A DNA stretch of 43,969 bases from a virus. Taxonomy: Duplodnaviria; Caudoviricetes. The position numbers and the translations under genes were made by a program. Below, piece after piece: positions 43,729-43,969 of the stretch. How positions within the stretch are numbered: the stretch's first letter is position 1; each line of letters opens with the position of its first letter. The stretch lies in the IMG/VR virus record IMGVR_UViG_3300037195_000905, positions 1 to 43,969 of that record. One strand, given 5' to 3'. Under the pieces are notes generated by a model. The model saw nothing but the letters and a program-made list of their open reading frames with translations. It had not been told where the DNA came from and ran no database searches.

Positions 43729-43899
43729 TTACTCCTTTATCTTCTGTCTTTTACTTGTAAGGTGATACACAACACACTCCATACAAAAATGAATGTGTTT
43801 CAGCCTTGTGGTTCTGCCCTTACGCTTATAAAACCTGAGCTTATCTAAAGCCTGAGCAGCAGTCTTATATTTAACCTTTTCACACCTTCTTCTTAGCAT
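43729..43899 (-). CDS. Small Zn-finger protein (56 aa; not in ORF track)
   Basis: CEKVKY...A...FCMECVVYHLTS. Confidence 0.6.
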   Translation of the reverse strand: MLRRRCEKVKYKTAAQALDKLRFYKRKGRTTRLKHIHFCMECVVYHLTSKRQKIKE

Positions 43900-43969
43900 C
43901 AGCTTCTTCCAATCTCTTTAAGATACGTTTCTCAGCCTCTAACGCTTGCTCAAATTCTTCGATATTCTT

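Larger units (their letters stand above)
1..43969. mobile_element. Partial genome of a tailed phage (podovirus-type, BPP-1/epsilon15-like head-tail module)
   Basis: Colinear terL-portal-scaffold-MCP-cement-tail tube A/B-GNAT-ejection proteins-tail fibre; terS, RusA, HNH, YopX and many short ORFs; no cellular housekeeping genes. Confidence 0.97.

Noticed and set aside
1-43969. Diversity-generating retroelement, expected from the BPP-1-like architecture
   Set aside because: No reverse transcriptase motifs and no TR/VR pair seen; the tail-fibre C-terminus lies outside the window, so a DGR cannot be excluded for the full genome
1-43969. Genome-wide stop-codon reassignment
   Set aside because: MCP, cement, scaffold, tail tube A, terS and the ejection gene end in TAG and many others in TAA at expected lengths; long genes have no internal stops
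1-43969. Prophage boundaries, integrase or a named host
   Set aside because: No integrase, att duplication or host flank in the window; an anaerobic, probably diderm host is only inferred from the NrdD-like, O-antigen ligase and sigma54-like features

Overview
The whole window is a partial genome of a tailed dsDNA phage with a podovirus, BPP-1/epsilon15-like structural module; no host housekeeping genes and no integrase are visible. The minus strand carries recombination and replication genes (SSAP-like, PD-(D/E)XK exonuclease, RusA-like, replication-initiator-like, interrupted HNH) and terS. About 6 kb of accessory genes follow terS: YopX, an XRE/sigma70-region-4 fusion, a permuted NlpC/P60, a 106-nt tRNA-like RNA, and an O-antigen ligase-like gene with a TPR partner. 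Then come terL, portal, scaffold, major capsid, cement, an exported/membrane-protein cluster with a stand-alone NrdD-type glycyl-radical domain, tail tube A/B, ejection proteins (the largest with an ADP-ribosyltransferase-like domain) and the start of a tail fibre. A divergent early region at about 32-38.4 kb is rich in CGCG and has no CCGG; it begins at a G/C-run just downstream of terS and probably is the first-injected end. The most unusual items are the tRNA mimic abutting the O-antigen ligase gene, three genes broken by single in-frame stops, the glycyl-radical spare-part protein, a kissing-loop attenuator with a structured leader before the replication gene, a triple operator on the late promoter, and a nested domain duplication in tail tube B. 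All family assignments come from motif recognition by eye; no searches were run.
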